Source of the DNA: Vulcanimicrobiota bacterium
Lineage (GTDB): Bacteria; Vulcanimicrobiota; Vulcanimicrobiia; Vulcanimicrobiales; Vulcanimicrobiaceae
Reading direction: 5' to 3'
Assembly (NCBI GenBank): GCA_963820825.1
Contig: CAWGBN010000006.1
Location: 659,670-723,669 of the forward strand
Length of the DNA stretch: 64,000 nt
Shown here one piece after another: positions 1-9,941 of the stretch. Position numbers and translations under genes: made by a program. The notes beneath the pieces are model-generated. The model did not search any database. It was not told where the DNA came from and saw only the letters and a list, made by a program, of their open reading frames with translations. Numbering within the stretch: position 1 is the stretch's first letter; every line of letters starts with the position of its first letter.

Positions 1-145
1 GCTCCGCACCGATCTTTTCCTGCAGCGTTCTGCCGACGTCGATCTCGCAAAGCACGCCGAAGCCTTCGTTGCGCAGAGCGGAGCGCGCGGCTTCGATGGC
101 ACCGTCGTAATCCAGCGGCGTCGTCACCGATTTCCCGTACTTCAT
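1..145 (-). CDS. DUF302 family protein (5' part, runs off window)
   Basis: Manual translation MKYGKSVTTPLDYDGAIEAARSALRNEGFGVLCEIDVGRTLQEKIG, AGGAG just upstream; GFGVLxEIDV is typical of DUF302. Confidence 0.8.
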   Translation of the reverse strand, partial: MKYGKSVTTPLDYDGAIEAARSALRNEGFGVLCEIDVGRTLQEKIGAE

Positions 146-245
146 GGCTCCTATGCTGCGGCCTTGCCCCGGCAAATGCCTCCGTCGGAAGATTTTTGAG
201 CGGCGGTTGATGGCTTCGCTCCGGTCCGAGCCGTACCATGAGGGC

Positions 246-1667
246 ATGCTTGCGGCGGTCTTGAGCGCGGGACTCCACACCTGGGCGTGCACGGTCGGGA
301 AGATCAAGGCGCCCTCCACCTGCGGCACCTACACCGTCTACGAGGACCGGGCAGCGGGAACCGGCCGCACGATCGATCTCAAGTTCATCGTGATCCACGC
401 GATGCATCGCTCGAATCGCGCGATCGCTTGGAATCCCGGCGGTCCCGGCGCCTCGTCGACGGCGGCCGCCGAAACGATCGTCGACGGCAGCTTTGCACGC
501 GAATTGATGATGCTGCGCGACCGGTACGACATCTTGCTCGTCGATAATCGCGGGGCGGGCGGCTCGGCGCTGCAGCAATGCGATTTTGCACCGGCCGATC
601 GCCCGCAGCTCTACTTCGCCCAGCTCTGGCCCGACGAGCTCGTCAGCCGTTGTCGCGCGCGTCTTGCCGAGCGTGCTAACTTGAGTCTCTATACGACCTC
701 GATCGCGGCAGACGACTTGAACCAGCTGCGAGCCGCGCTCGGCTATCCCAAGCTCGTGCTCGACGGAGCCTCGTATGGAACGCGCTTCTATCTCGTTTAC
801 GCGCGCAGGCACCCCGAGAGCGTCGAGAGCATCGTGCTCGACGGCGTCGCACCGCCACACTTCCTCATCATTCCGCTCGAAGACGCGCGCGGCGCGCAAG
901 ATGCGATGACGAAACTGATCGCCGAATGTAAGGCCGACGCCGGCTGCAACGGGCATTTTCCCCAGTTGGACCATCATTTCGATGCGCTCGTGCGCCGTTT
1001 CGATCGAGCCAGCGTCGTCGTGCCGCTCGAGAAGGCGAAGACGGGGCGCGTGGCGCGCGTCCGGCTTTCCAAGGAAGTCTTTGCCGATCGCCTTCGGCAG
1101 CTGCTCTACTATCCCGAATCGGCGAAGTATGCGCCGTTCGTGATCGACCGGGCCTATCGGGGCGATTACGGACCGCTGGCGATGATGGTGAACGTGCTCA
1201 CGCTTGGCTTCGGCCAGATCCTCGCCGAGGGCCAGAATCTCTCGGTGACGTGCGCCGAGGACATACCGTTCATTACCGAGAGCGCGGTTGCGACCACGAG
1301 CGCAGACTCGTTCGAAGGCGACGAGCGCGTTCGCGCGCAGCAACGCGCCTGCCGCATGTGGAGCGTCGAGGCGGTGCCGGCGAGCTTCAACGAACCGGTG
1401 CGCAGCGATGCGCCGATCCTGATGATCTCCGGCAGCGACGACCCGACGAGTCCGCCGCAATACGCGCAGCGGGCGCTTCCCTATCTTCCAAATGCTCGAA
1501 TCTTGTTGATGAAGAACGCCGGGCATGCGACGGAGACGACCTGTTCCGACGCGCTGATCGTCGCATTCGTCCACGCCCAAAGCGCGCAGGGGCTCGACCT
1601 CAGCCGCTGCGGCGGCGCGTATCGCCGGCCTGCGTTCGCGACCTCGATGGCCGGCTTCGGGGATTAG
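246..1667 (+). CDS. Alpha/beta hydrolase, TAP-like peptidase family
   Basis: NPGGPGAS, DNRG, GASYGT nucleophile elbow, C-terminal DPTSP and GH; start moved to ATG 246. Confidence 0.85.
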   Translation: MLAAVLSAGLHTWACTVGKIKAPSTCGTYTVYEDRAAGTGRTIDLKFIVIHAMHRSNRAIAWNPGGPGASSTAAAETIVDGSFARELMMLRDRYDILLVDNRGAGGSALQQCDFAPADRPQLYFAQLWPDELVSRCRARLAERANLSLYTTSIAADDLNQLRAALGYPKLVLDGASYGTRFYLVYARRHPESVESIVLDGVAPPHFLIIPLEDARGAQDAMTKLIAECKADAGCNGHFPQLDHHFDALVRRFDRASVVVPLEKAKTGRVARVRLSKEVFADRLRQLLYYPESAKYAPFVIDRAYRGDYGPLAMMVNVLTLGFGQILAEGQNLSVTCAEDIPFITESAVATTSADSFEGDERVRAQQRACRMWSVEAVPASFNEPVRSDAPILMISGSDDPTSPPQYAQRALPYLPNARILLMKNAGHATETTCSDALIVAFVHAQSAQGLDLSRCGGAYRRPAFATSMAGFGD

Positions 1668-1709
1668 GATCGAAGGACCAACGGAGACGCCGATAAAATG
1701 GAGACGGGC

Positions 1710-2285
1710 ATGTCGAACATTGCGTGGGAGTCCGATTACCAGGGCGCGCTCGAACGCGCGCGTGCCGAGCGAAAGTTCGTCTTTCTGGACGTCTTCAACC
1801 CTGGTTGAGGGGGATGCCAAGCGCTGGATACCGTGACGTATCCGCAGACCGAGGTCGCCGAAGCGATTCTCGCCCATAGCATTCCCGTTCAATTCGACAA
1901 CTCAAAGAAAGAGAACAACGTTTTCCTGCACGGCATCCACCACATCTGGACGCCGGACGTTCGCATTCTCTACCACGACGGGTTCGAGCTCTACCGCTGG
2001 GATGGTTTCCTGCCGCCTGCGGAGTTCGCGGCGCGAACGCTCTGCGGGTTCGGTCTTGCCTATCTTCGACTGAAGCGCTTCGAGCAGGCCGAGGAAGTCT
2101 ACGTCGACGTCCTCAAGCGCTTCTCGACGACCTACGCGGCGCCCGAGGCGCAGTATTATCTCGGCGTCACGCGTTACCGGCGAGATCCGGACAGCGACGA
2201 GCTATTGACCCAGTGGGCAAATCTCCGCTCGCGCTATCCCGAGAGCGAGTATCGCGTCAAGCAGTCGTTCAAAGATTTTCCGTAG
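1710..2285 (+). CDS. Predicted selenoprotein: thioredoxin-like domain (UxxC) with C-terminal TPR
   Basis: ATG 1710 behind GGAG; MSNIAWESDYQGALERARAERKFVFLDVFNPG-TGA(1806-1808)-GGC continues in frame into ORF 1833..2285; SECIS-like hairpin follows. Confidence 0.85.
1823..1845 (+). promoter_or_regulatory. Bacterial SECIS-like hairpin
   Basis: GC-(bulged T)-GGATAC / loop CGTGAC / GTATCC-GC; loop begins 23 nt after the in-frame TGA. Confidence 0.7.
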
Positions 2286-2829
2286 GCCTGCGAAGCGACG
2301 ACTCGATCGACGCGCGCAGCTCGGACGACGGGGCGTTCCAAAGATCGGTAAACGACTTGAGGATGCGGGCCGTCAGTCCCCAGATATGGTGCCCGCCGTA
2401 ATCGAAGGCATAAAGCGTTCGTCCGAGCGTCTTGCTTCGCGTGGTATCCTCGCGCACGGCACCCGGTTCGACGATCGCTGCCAGCGGAACGGTAAAGACG
2501 CCAACGGTCTCGGTGTGATCGATCGTCAACGGCGCGCCGGGATCGAGAATGCCGACCATCGGGGTAACGAGAAAGCGGTTGGCGACCTGCCGTACGCCGG
2601 GGAGTTGCCCGACGATGCGAACCCGATCCGAAGCAACTCCGACCTCCTCGTGCAGCTCGCGCAGCGCCGTGACCGCCGGATTGCCGCCGTCGCCCGGATC
2701 GGCGATCCCGCCGGGAAGCGCGACCTGGTTTGCATGGCGGCGAAGATGCCCGGCGCGCTCGATAAAGACGACGCCGTGCGGAGCGTCGGCGAAGACCGCA
2801 AAGATAACCGCCGCGTCTCTCCACTCCAT
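2269..2829 (-). CDS. NUDIX hydrolase, CoA pyrophosphatase-like
   Basis: LRRHANQVALPGG...TALRELHEEVG Nudix box and IWGLTA motif; start MEWRDAAV. Confidence 0.88.
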   Translation of the reverse strand: MEWRDAAVIFAVFADAPHGVVFIERAGHLRRHANQVALPGGIADPGDGGNPAVTALRELHEEVGVASDRVRIVGQLPGVRQVANRFLVTPMVGILDPGAPLTIDHTETVGVFTVPLAAIVEPGAVREDTTRSKTLGRTLYAFDYGGHHIWGLTARILKSFTDLWNAPSSELRASIESSLRRPTENL

Positions 2830-2858
2830 CGTGTGCCTTTGCGGCGGATTGCCGGCCC

Positions 2859-3290
2859 TTAGGGAGTGGCGGTCGAGGTGCTTGCGCGGATTCGCGCGAC
2901 CTGAGCCGGGCTTACCGTAGAAGCTTGATTGCCCCACGCGGTGCGAATGTAGGTGACGACGGCGGCGACGTCGGCGTCCGAAAGCCAATTTCTCCAGCCG
3001 GGCATCCCGCCGGTGTAGCGATGACCTCGTACCGTGATGTCAACGAGCATCCCGTTGAGGGTCGCAGCGATTGCGGCGCTCGGATCTTTCGCCGTGACGT
3101 GCGGATTCTTGGCCAGTGGAGGAAACGTTCCGATAACGCCTTCGCCCGTTGCCTCGTGGCAGATGGCGCAACGGTCTTGGTAGATTGCGGCACCGTTCGG
3201 TGCGGCATCGGCCGGTCCGTCGCGGAGCAATGCGAACGCGCATGCGACAGCGATGGAAACGGCGGCGAGCATGCTCTTCGTACTCATCAT
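2859..3290 (-). CDS. Exported mono-heme cytochrome c
   Basis: Signal peptide, CAICH heme motif, FPPLA, MPGW axial Met. Confidence 0.9.
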   Translation of the reverse strand: MMSTKSMLAAVSIAVACAFALLRDGPADAAPNGAAIYQDRCAICHEATGEGVIGTFPPLAKNPHVTAKDPSAAIAATLNGMLVDITVRGHRYTGGMPGWRNWLSDADVAAVVTYIRTAWGNQASTVSPAQVARIRASTSTATP

Positions 3291-3308
3291 GAGCGACTCT
3301 CTACGCCG

Positions 3309-4661
3309 CTAGAGAGCGACGGTCATGCCGCGTTCGGCCGCGCTCGCCGCGACGCCGCGCTCTTTGAGAAGGGCGGCGAGCGCCGCAGCGCTCCCCGGCT
3401 CGGCGTGGACGAGATAGACGTTCACGTTGGTCGAGCCGATGGTTCCGAGCCAGCGCAGCAGTTCGGATTGGTCTGCGTGAGCGCTGAAGCCCGCGAGATG
3501 AACGATCGTTGCCCGAACGATCAAGCGGTCTCCGAAGATGCGAACCGGGCTCGTTCCGTCGATGATGAGACGCCCCAGCGTTCCGTGGACTTGGTAACCG
3601 GGAAAGACGATCGTCGCGCGCGGGTTGCAGAGATGGCGATGCAGATGGTGCAGGATGCGCCCGCCCGTGGCCATGCCGCTCGAGGCGAGAACGATGACCG
3701 GACCGCTGACCGCGTCGATCGCCTTCGACTGCTCGGCGGTGACGTCGAGCGTAACGTTTCGGCAGCCGAACGGCGCGCCGTCGCGATGTGGTAACGGCTT
3801 ACACGCCTGGGGGTAACGCGCAAAGACCGCATCGACTTCGATCGCCATCGGGCTGTCGAGGTGAACCGGAATCTTCGCAAGCGCCAGCTCGGTCTCTTGA
3901 AGCCGGCCGATTGCGACGAGCAAGTCTTGTGCCCGCTCGACTGCGAACGTCGGTATCACGATCGGGCCCCCGCGCTCGATTCCATCGAGCAAGGTCGCGC
4001 GCAGTATCTCGAGCGAGTCGGACGGGTGAATGCGGTTGCCGTAGGTCGCCTCGCAGACCACCGTATCGGCCGCTTCGAGCGGCGTCGGATCGTCGAGCAG
4101 CGCCGAATCGTAGCGTCCGACGTCGCCGGAGAAGATCGTTCGTCTTCCTGCGCATTGCATCGACACGTAGGCAGCGCCGATGATGTGTCCGACGCCGTGA
4201 TACCTCAAGCGCGCGCCGCAGACGTCGAAATCCGTCTCCAATGGAACGGCCTCGAGCTGTCGAAGCGCCGTCCGCACGTCGGCATCGGTGAAGAACGGCG
4301 ACAAGCCGTGCGAGCGCTCGTGAGAGAATCCACGCTCGTGCATATGCCGCTGCAGATGGGCCGCATCCTCGAGCACGATTGCGATAACGTCGGCGGTCGG
4401 TGGCGTGCAGTAGATCGGGCCGCGGTATCCGTCGCGCACGATCTTCGGCAGATAGCCGACGTGGTCGAGATGGCCGTGCGTGATCACGATCGCCTGGAGT
4501 TCCGCAGGAGCGATAGGAAGCGGCGCGTGATTGAGCGCTTCGATCTCGCGCGGCCCTTGGAAGAGGCCGCAATCGACGAAGAGACTCTTACCGGTGACGG
4601 TGACGAGGTGCTTGCTCCCCGTGACGGTGCCGGCCGCGCCGACGAACGTGAGCTCAGCCAC
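3309..4661 (-). CDS. MBL-fold beta-CASP metallo-hydrolase (RNA-processing type)
   Basis: GAAGTVTGS, THGHLDHVG, EATYG, FSAHADQ motifs. Confidence 0.92.
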   Translation of the reverse strand: MAELTFVGAAGTVTGSKHLVTVTGKSLFVDCGLFQGPREIEALNHAPLPIAPAELQAIVITHGHLDHVGYLPKIVRDGYRGPIYCTPPTADVIAIVLEDAAHLQRHMHERGFSHERSHGLSPFFTDADVRTALRQLEAVPLETDFDVCGARLRYHGVGHIIGAAYVSMQCAGRRTIFSGDVGRYDSALLDDPTPLEAADTVVCEATYGNRIHPSDSLEILRATLLDGIERGGPIVIPTFAVERAQDLLVAIGRLQETELALAKIPVHLDSPMAIEVDAVFARYPQACKPLPHRDGAPFGCRNVTLDVTAEQSKAIDAVSGPVIVLASSGMATGGRILHHLHRHLCNPRATIVFPGYQVHGTLGRLIIDGTSPVRIFGDRLIVRATIVHLAGFSAHADQSELLRWLGTIGSTNVNVYLVHAEPGSAAALAALLKERGVAASAAERGMTVAL

Positions 4662-5229
4662 GCGGCGCTTGAAAGGCGATCGATGTCGAACGGCCGCCGC
4701 CGGTAAACTGCTGCGTGCAGCGGTCGATCAAGCGTTCAGGGCTCTCTTCCTCGACGAGCACGGCGCCCGTCTCCTTATTGAAGAGCGCGGCGATCTCGGC
4801 GAAGTGATTCGATATGCCGCCCGACTTCAATAAGACGCCGACCAGCTTGCCCTCGTCGTACGCGATGCAAAACTCGCCGAGCGTCCCGCTACGGCCGCCG
4901 ATGAAGATGACGAAATCGGAGCTGTGAATGTTAGCGATCTCGCGTCCCATGAGCCCCGATCCGGTGAAGACCATCGTCGTGTACGGATCGGTCGGCGATT
5001 CGTATACCTGGACGTGCTCTTCGGGTGAATGCGCGGGCGAAATTCCGAGGCTCTCGCCACCGGCGTCGTGCGCGCCGAGCACCGCAGCGTGAGGAAGTCC
5101 GGGGCACGCTCCGGTGACGATCACCGCTCCGCTGCGGGCGATGCTCGCGCCGACGCGTCGTGCCAACGCGACGTCGTGGTCGCTCAGCGCTCCGCCGGAC
5201 GACCCCATCACGCCGATCTGCATTCTCAC
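4654..5229 (-). CDS. LOG/SLOG-family Rossmann-fold nucleotide-binding protein
   Basis: VTGACPGLP, GGRSGTLGE motifs. Confidence 0.8.
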   Translation of the reverse strand: MRMQIGVMGSSGGALSDHDVALARRVGASIARSGAVIVTGACPGLPHAAVLGAHDAGGESLGISPAHSPEEHVQVYESPTDPYTTMVFTGSGLMGREIANIHSSDFVIFIGGRSGTLGEFCIAYDEGKLVGVLLKSGGISNHFAEIAALFNKETGAVLVEEESPERLIDRCTQQFTGGGRSTSIAFQAPRG

Positions 5230-6290
5230 GGGCTCAAGCTACCTCGGCCCGCGTTCTCCCACCCGAGAACGCGAGCTACCAGTTCGGTGCGGTTCCGGCT
5301 CCGCGTCTTGTCGACCATGCTCCTGACATGATGCTGAACGGTTGAGTGGGCGATGTTCAGCTTGCGGCCGATCTCCTCGAGCTGCTCTCCATCGAGCAGC
5401 ATCGCCAGTACCTGCAGCTCACGAGGCGAGATATGATAGCGTGCGGCCGGCCCTCTGAGCGATTTCGGCGGCCTAAGCCGGTCGATGCGTACGCCGATGA
5501 AGAGTCCTGCGGGGCCTGACATTGGCTGCGTTCGCACGACTAAAAACGGAACGGGACGAGCGATGCCGGCCGCCTGCGTGCCGGACTCCTTACGCCAGCC
5601 GGCGATCAGCCCTCGCACGGCTTCTTCGAGCACTCCGGGTAGACGATCGGCAATCCGCGTGCGTAGCCCGGTAAGTGCGACGCGGCGTTGCTGTTCGGAC
5701 GTCCATGCCAGCACGATCTGAAAGTCGCGGTTTAGAACGTAGAACGATTCGCCCGAATCTTCCAGCGACTCGGCGTGTCGCGCTTCGTCGTCGAGTCGCT
5801 CGTCTACGTCGCGCGCAGTGGAGCGTTCGGTCTTGGGATCATCGAGACGCAGCGCCGAGAGGCGCTCCGACGTCGCATCGAGTGAGAGCGCCAAGACGCT
5901 GATTTCGCTCGAGGTGAAAGGTCCCAACTCGCCCGTGCGCAGGAGCGTGAGAATTCCAAAGCTGGCCTGGGAGTCGGCGAACAGCAGGGTGATTCCGCTT
6001 TCGAAATCGCCGAGCGGACCGAGCGTCGCAGCGATGCGCGGGCCTTTCTTCACCTTCCCGCGCTGGCGGGCGAACTCGTCCCTGAGCCCCACCAGGTCGC
6101 CGCCGTTTCCCCGGGAGTCGAGCAAGAGACCAGCTAGCTCTCCGTCGGCCATGAAGCGCGCAAAGGCCCAGCGCGAGGCCGGCACCACGCGCAGGATCGC
6201 TTTAATGATCGGATACGCCGGATCCGACTCCGGCACGAAGTCGGCCCGGGCCGTCAGGTCAGGCGATTTCGCAGGATCGGAGCTTTTCAC
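5226..6290 (-). CDS. LuxR-type HTH transcriptional regulator
   Basis: C-terminal ISPRELQVL...IGRKLNIAHSTVQHHV. Confidence 0.85.
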   Translation of the reverse strand: MKSSDPAKSPDLTARADFVPESDPAYPIIKAILRVVPASRWAFARFMADGELAGLLLDSRGNGGDLVGLRDEFARQRGKVKKGPRIAATLGPLGDFESGITLLFADSQASFGILTLLRTGELGPFTSSEISVLALSLDATSERLSALRLDDPKTERSTARDVDERLDDEARHAESLEDSGESFYVLNRDFQIVLAWTSEQQRRVALTGLRTRIADRLPGVLEEAVRGLIAGWRKESGTQAAGIARPVPFLVVRTQPMSGPAGLFIGVRIDRLRPPKSLRGPAARYHISPRELQVLAMLLDGEQLEEIGRKLNIAHSTVQHHVRSMVDKTRSRNRTELVARVLGWENAGRGSLSP

Positions 6291-6406
6291 GATGGTCAGT
6301 CTCTCGCGCCAATGGTATGCTAAACAGGCTTGTTCCTCTAAGCGGCGACGTACTGCCTCCCCGCGACGGCGACAAATTGCATCGTCCGCCTGAAAGCGTG
6401 ATTAAT

Positions 6407-6799
6407 ATGGCTCGCGTATGTTTGGCCGTGGATCGGAAGGATATCCCGTTGCTCGCGGCCGCGCTCAAAGGTGCCGGCGAGCCGGGCCGCGCGGTTCTCA
6501 CCCATCTCGACGTGGCCACATTGGGAAAGCTGGCGCCCGACATTCTCATCGCCGACATCGATCAACAGAAGGTCGATTCGCTCGAAATGTTGCGCCAACT
6601 GCGCTTCGTTTTACCGGAGTGCGTCATCGTAGTTTATACCGGAGCCGGAAGGCGGGCGTGGGCTCGCGCATGCCATCTCGCAGGCGCCAGTTGCGTACTC
6701 TCCAAAGAATCGCGCGAACCGCTACTGGTATCCGGCTTGCAGTACGCAATACAGTCTGGCTGCTTTACCGATCCGCGCCTTCTTCGTAGCGTGGCCTAA
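6407..6799 (+). CDS. Stand-alone response regulator receiver-like protein
   Basis: PDILIADID, VVYT, AGASCVLSK pattern; no output domain. Confidence 0.65.
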   Translation: MARVCLAVDRKDIPLLAAALKGAGEPGRAVLTHLDVATLGKLAPDILIADIDQQKVDSLEMLRQLRFVLPECVIVVYTGAGRRAWARACHLAGASCVLSKESREPLLVSGLQYAIQSGCFTDPRLLRSVA

Positions 6800-6801
6800 C
6801 G

Positions 6802-7011
6802 ATGAACCCGATGGAGCGTGTCTGGATGCGCATGAAGACGAGCGCGGCGAAATCTGCGGGTCAAAAGATCGTAGCTAGCATCCAAGACTCGAGAAATACG
6901 GTGCTCAAGCTCTGCCGCCAAGAAAAAGCCCAGACGCCGCCGCGAGAGGCGCTGCAGTTCCTTGTCAAGGAACTACAGCGCCTTACGCTGGAGGCACAGA
7001 ATCTGGAGTAA
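6802..7011 (+). CDS. Small hypothetical protein
   Basis: 69-aa ORF filling the gap between co-oriented genes. Confidence 0.45.
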   Translation: MNPMERVWMRMKTSAAKSAGQKIVASIQDSRNTVLKLCRQEKAQTPPREALQFLVKELQRLTLEAQNLE

Positions 7012-7031
7012 AAAGGGGAAGCGCCGATCAT

Positions 7032-7622
7032 TTGCCGATGCGCCTATACCTAATCCGTCATGGTGAGACCGAATGGACGCTCTCGGGGCGCCACACGGGG
7101 CTCACGGATATTCCGCTGACCGCTCGTGGAGAAGGCGAGGCGCGCGAACTCAAGCCACTGCTTGCGCATATCAATTTCTCCGCGGTGTTCACGAGCCCGA
7201 GGCAGCGCGCGCGGCGGACGTGTGAGTTGGCGGGGCTCGGCCCGATCGCCACCATTGAGCCCGAGCTAGGGGAATGGAACTACGGCGACTACGAGGGACG
7301 GCGATCCATAGATATCGACGAGGAACGACCCGGCTGGAACCTCTTTCGCGACGGTTGCCCCCACGGAGAGATGCCGGGAGACGTCTCGGCTCGCGCCGAC
7401 CGGCTCATTGCGCACCTTTGCGAGTCCAACGGCAACATCGCGCTCTTTTCGCACGGTCACTTCGGATGCGTCTTAGCCGTTCGCTGGATCGGATTGCCGG
7501 TGGTCGACGGGCAGCATTTCTCGCTGGCTCCGGCGTCGCTCAGCGCTCTCGGTTACGACCCGGGCCATCCTGACGTGCGCGCGATCGCACTCTGGAACGC
7601 GACGCTTCGTTTACAGACTTAG
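7032..7622 (+). CDS. Histidine phosphatase (phosphoglycerate mutase-like)
   Basis: RHGETEW, EWNYGDYEG, SHG motifs. Confidence 0.92.
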   Translation: MPMRLYLIRHGETEWTLSGRHTGLTDIPLTARGEGEARELKPLLAHINFSAVFTSPRQRARRTCELAGLGPIATIEPELGEWNYGDYEGRRSIDIDEERPGWNLFRDGCPHGEMPGDVSARADRLIAHLCESNGNIALFSHGHFGCVLAVRWIGLPVVDGQHFSLAPASLSALGYDPGHPDVRAIALWNATLRLQT

Positions 7623-8281
7623 AAGGGAAAGTCGCCTTGCGTCAAGCCGACGTTCGTTTTGAAATCGCTGATCGATTCGTCGAGCACGATCTGCGATCCC
7701 GAATACATGATCTGCCGGATCGGCCAGTGCGTCTCTTTTGAGAGATAGAGGATTTGGTCGCTGACGTCGTGATTCGATGCCGGATCGGCAACCTTGAGCT
7801 CCACGCGATCCGTTGCTATGCCGCCAAGTTCGCCGCCGTCGATCTGCGTGAGTCTCCCGGGAATGGTCGCATAGTCGTCGATGACGCTCGGCAATAGCCC
7901 CTCGGGAATCGTAACGCCGCGCAGCGAGACCGCTCGCGGATCGCGCACGCCAATCTTCAGATGGATTCCGGAAAGAATGCCGCCCAGATGGCCGCTTACC
8001 TGATCCCCGCCGACCCATACGCCGCCCGCGCCTTTGCCGTCACCATCGAGGATCAGCGTCTTGACGTAGTGCGGCTTCATGACGACGTACTGATAGACGC
8101 GGTCCTGCGTTTGCGTTCCCTTCACCTCGCGAACGTGCAGAATACACGTGTAGTCGCTGACGCCGGCAAACGCTCGGTCGAACGCCGCGATCGCCGGCAC
8201 CTCGTTTGCCGCCCTCGCGGCGACGCAACTCGCCCCGGCGAGCGCAACGAAGAGCGGTAACGCATATCCATACCTGCGCAT
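7619..8281 (-). CDS. Exported LolA-like fold protein
   Basis: Signal peptide, beta-rich, KP turn motif; paralog at 23645. Confidence 0.6.
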   Translation of the reverse strand: MRRYGYALPLFVALAGASCVAARAANEVPAIAAFDRAFAGVSDYTCILHVREVKGTQTQDRVYQYVVMKPHYVKTLILDGDGKGAGGVWVGGDQVSGHLGGILSGIHLKIGVRDPRAVSLRGVTIPEGLLPSVIDDYATIPGRLTQIDGGELGGIATDRVELKVADPASNHDVSDQILYLSKETHWPIRQIMYSGSQIVLDESISDFKTNVGLTQGDFPF

Positions 8282-8391
8282 CGAGCTATTTCGGCTTAGG
8301 AGAGTGAGGCATTCTGTTTCCTCCGTTCCTTCAGGGACTGAAATAATCCCCGAAAAAAGTGAAGGAAGTCTAAACGTACGGTTTCAAAGCC

Positions 8392-9438
8392 TCACTGCCG
8401 CACGACGAGGTCGGTGGGGACGTCCAGCGCGGTCTTCTTTCCCGTAATCACGGATCGCGGCTTTACGTTGCCTTTCGCGCCCGCCGCAAAGACCAGCACG
8501 CTATCGATTCCCGAACCATGGCTGCAGTAGTGACAGACGGTCACGTAGAGATTGTCTTTGCTATCGAGCGCGAGACCGCTCGGCGCCCCGAGATGCGTCT
8601 GCGACCCGGAAATGGTGCGAATCGGCTTTGCCGGCCCCGACGCAGTCGGTGCAAAGACTTGAATGTCTTTCGCTAGGAGGTTCCCGGCGTACACGTTTAG
8701 GTGCGAATCGACCGCGATCGACCGTATGCTATCGCCGTGCTTATGCTCGGGTTCCTGAATCTCTCTGATGAGATTGTTTCCTTGCGACTCAGGAGAGAAT
8801 TCGGAGATCAAATTGTCGCCCGACGTCACGTAAAGGTCGTCGTTGGAATCGACGGCCTCCGAAATCGTACAGCCGCTGGTCAGCCCGATTACGCGAACCG
8901 GGGCGACGTTGCCGTTGGCTTTCGGAGCGAAGACCTTCACGTTGCCGTAGCCGCAATCGGCGACGTAGAGATACCCTTTTGAGTCGACCGCCACGCCAAT
9001 CGGAAACAAAAGGCCGGTATTACTCCCGGAAATCTTACGTATTCTGCGCGCGTTGCCGTGCGCGCTCGCCGCAAAGACGCCGATCGTCTTGCCGTCGATG
9101 GAGGTGTAGATGTTATCGGATGAATCGAGAGCGATGTTATCCGGGTTACCTAGGCCGGTATGCTTGCCGCTGATGACGAGAGACGGGGCTGGACTGCCGT
9201 GCGCGGTCAGCGGATAACCCGTGATGCGGTGCCCGCTGAAATTCGCTACGAGGATCGAGGACGGCAGCGCGTTTCCCCGGCTCTCCTGCGCAAGCCCGGC
9301 GAGCCCCGGAGAGATTACCGGCGGTGCAACCTTGCCTCCGCCACAACCAGAAAGCAGAACGATGCTTGAAAGGATTAGGCTTCCCGACAAGGCGCGTCTC
9401 TCGCAAATTTTCATATTTCGCCCCTCCAAAAAGAGCAA
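8392..9438 (-). CDS. NHL-repeat beta-propeller lipoprotein
   Basis: Lipobox LSGC; repeated P.GxAvDS..NLYV units. Confidence 0.8.
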   Translation of the reverse strand: MLFLEGRNMKICERRALSGSLILSSIVLLSGCGGGKVAPPVISPGLAGLAQESRGNALPSSILVANFSGHRITGYPLTAHGSPAPSLVISGKHTGLGNPDNIALDSSDNIYTSIDGKTIGVFAASAHGNARRIRKISGSNTGLLFPIGVAVDSKGYLYVADCGYGNVKVFAPKANGNVAPVRVIGLTSGCTISEAVDSNDDLYVTSGDNLISEFSPESQGNNLIREIQEPEHKHGDSIRSIAVDSHLNVYAGNLLAKDIQVFAPTASGPAKPIRTISGSQTHLGAPSGLALDSKDNLYVTVCHYCSHGSGIDSVLVFAAGAKGNVKPRSVITGKKTALDVPTDLVVRQ

Positions 9439-9467
9439 CGCAGCGGTCTATTCCTTCGAGGCTCAGC

Positions 9468-9941
9468 TCACGGTCCCTTACTTGCAAGGCGAAACCGGCC
9501 GGCCTTCGGGCACATTTCATCGCACCAGGCAGTTATACGGTCGCGTATCTGATCGCGAATGATTCGCGCCTGCGCAAGTTGCTGGTCGCGCGAGCCTCGA
9601 AGGGCGGCTGGATCGGCGAAGCTCCAGTGGAGACGCTGGGTTACGCCGGGAAAGATCGGGCAACGCTCGGCGCTGGCTTCGTCACAGACCGTCACGACAT
9701 ACGCGAAGAGCTTGCCTTTCTTAAACAAGTCGAACACGCTCTTCGTTTGGTTGTGCGAGATATCGATGCCGACCTCACGCATTACCTCGACGGCGAGCGG
9801 GTTTAGTTCGCCGGGTTCGAGCCCCGCGCTTACGGCTTCAAAGTCGTCGGGGCAGATGCTGTTGAGAAACGCCTCCGCCATTTGGCTGCGCGCTGCATTG
9901 TGAACGCAGACGAACAGGACGTTAAGCTTACGCGACTGCAT
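9468..9941 (-). CDS. arsC: Arsenate reductase, LMW-PTP (thioredoxin-type) family
   Basis: CVHNAARSQMAE P-loop, TVCDEASAERCP, HWSFADP; in ars operon. Confidence 0.9.
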   Translation of the reverse strand: MQSRKLNVLFVCVHNAARSQMAEAFLNSICPDDFEAVSAGLEPGELNPLAVEVMREVGIDISHNQTKSVFDLFKKGKLFAYVVTVCDEASAERCPIFPGVTQRLHWSFADPAALRGSRDQQLAQARIIRDQIRDRITAWCDEMCPKAGRFRLASKGP

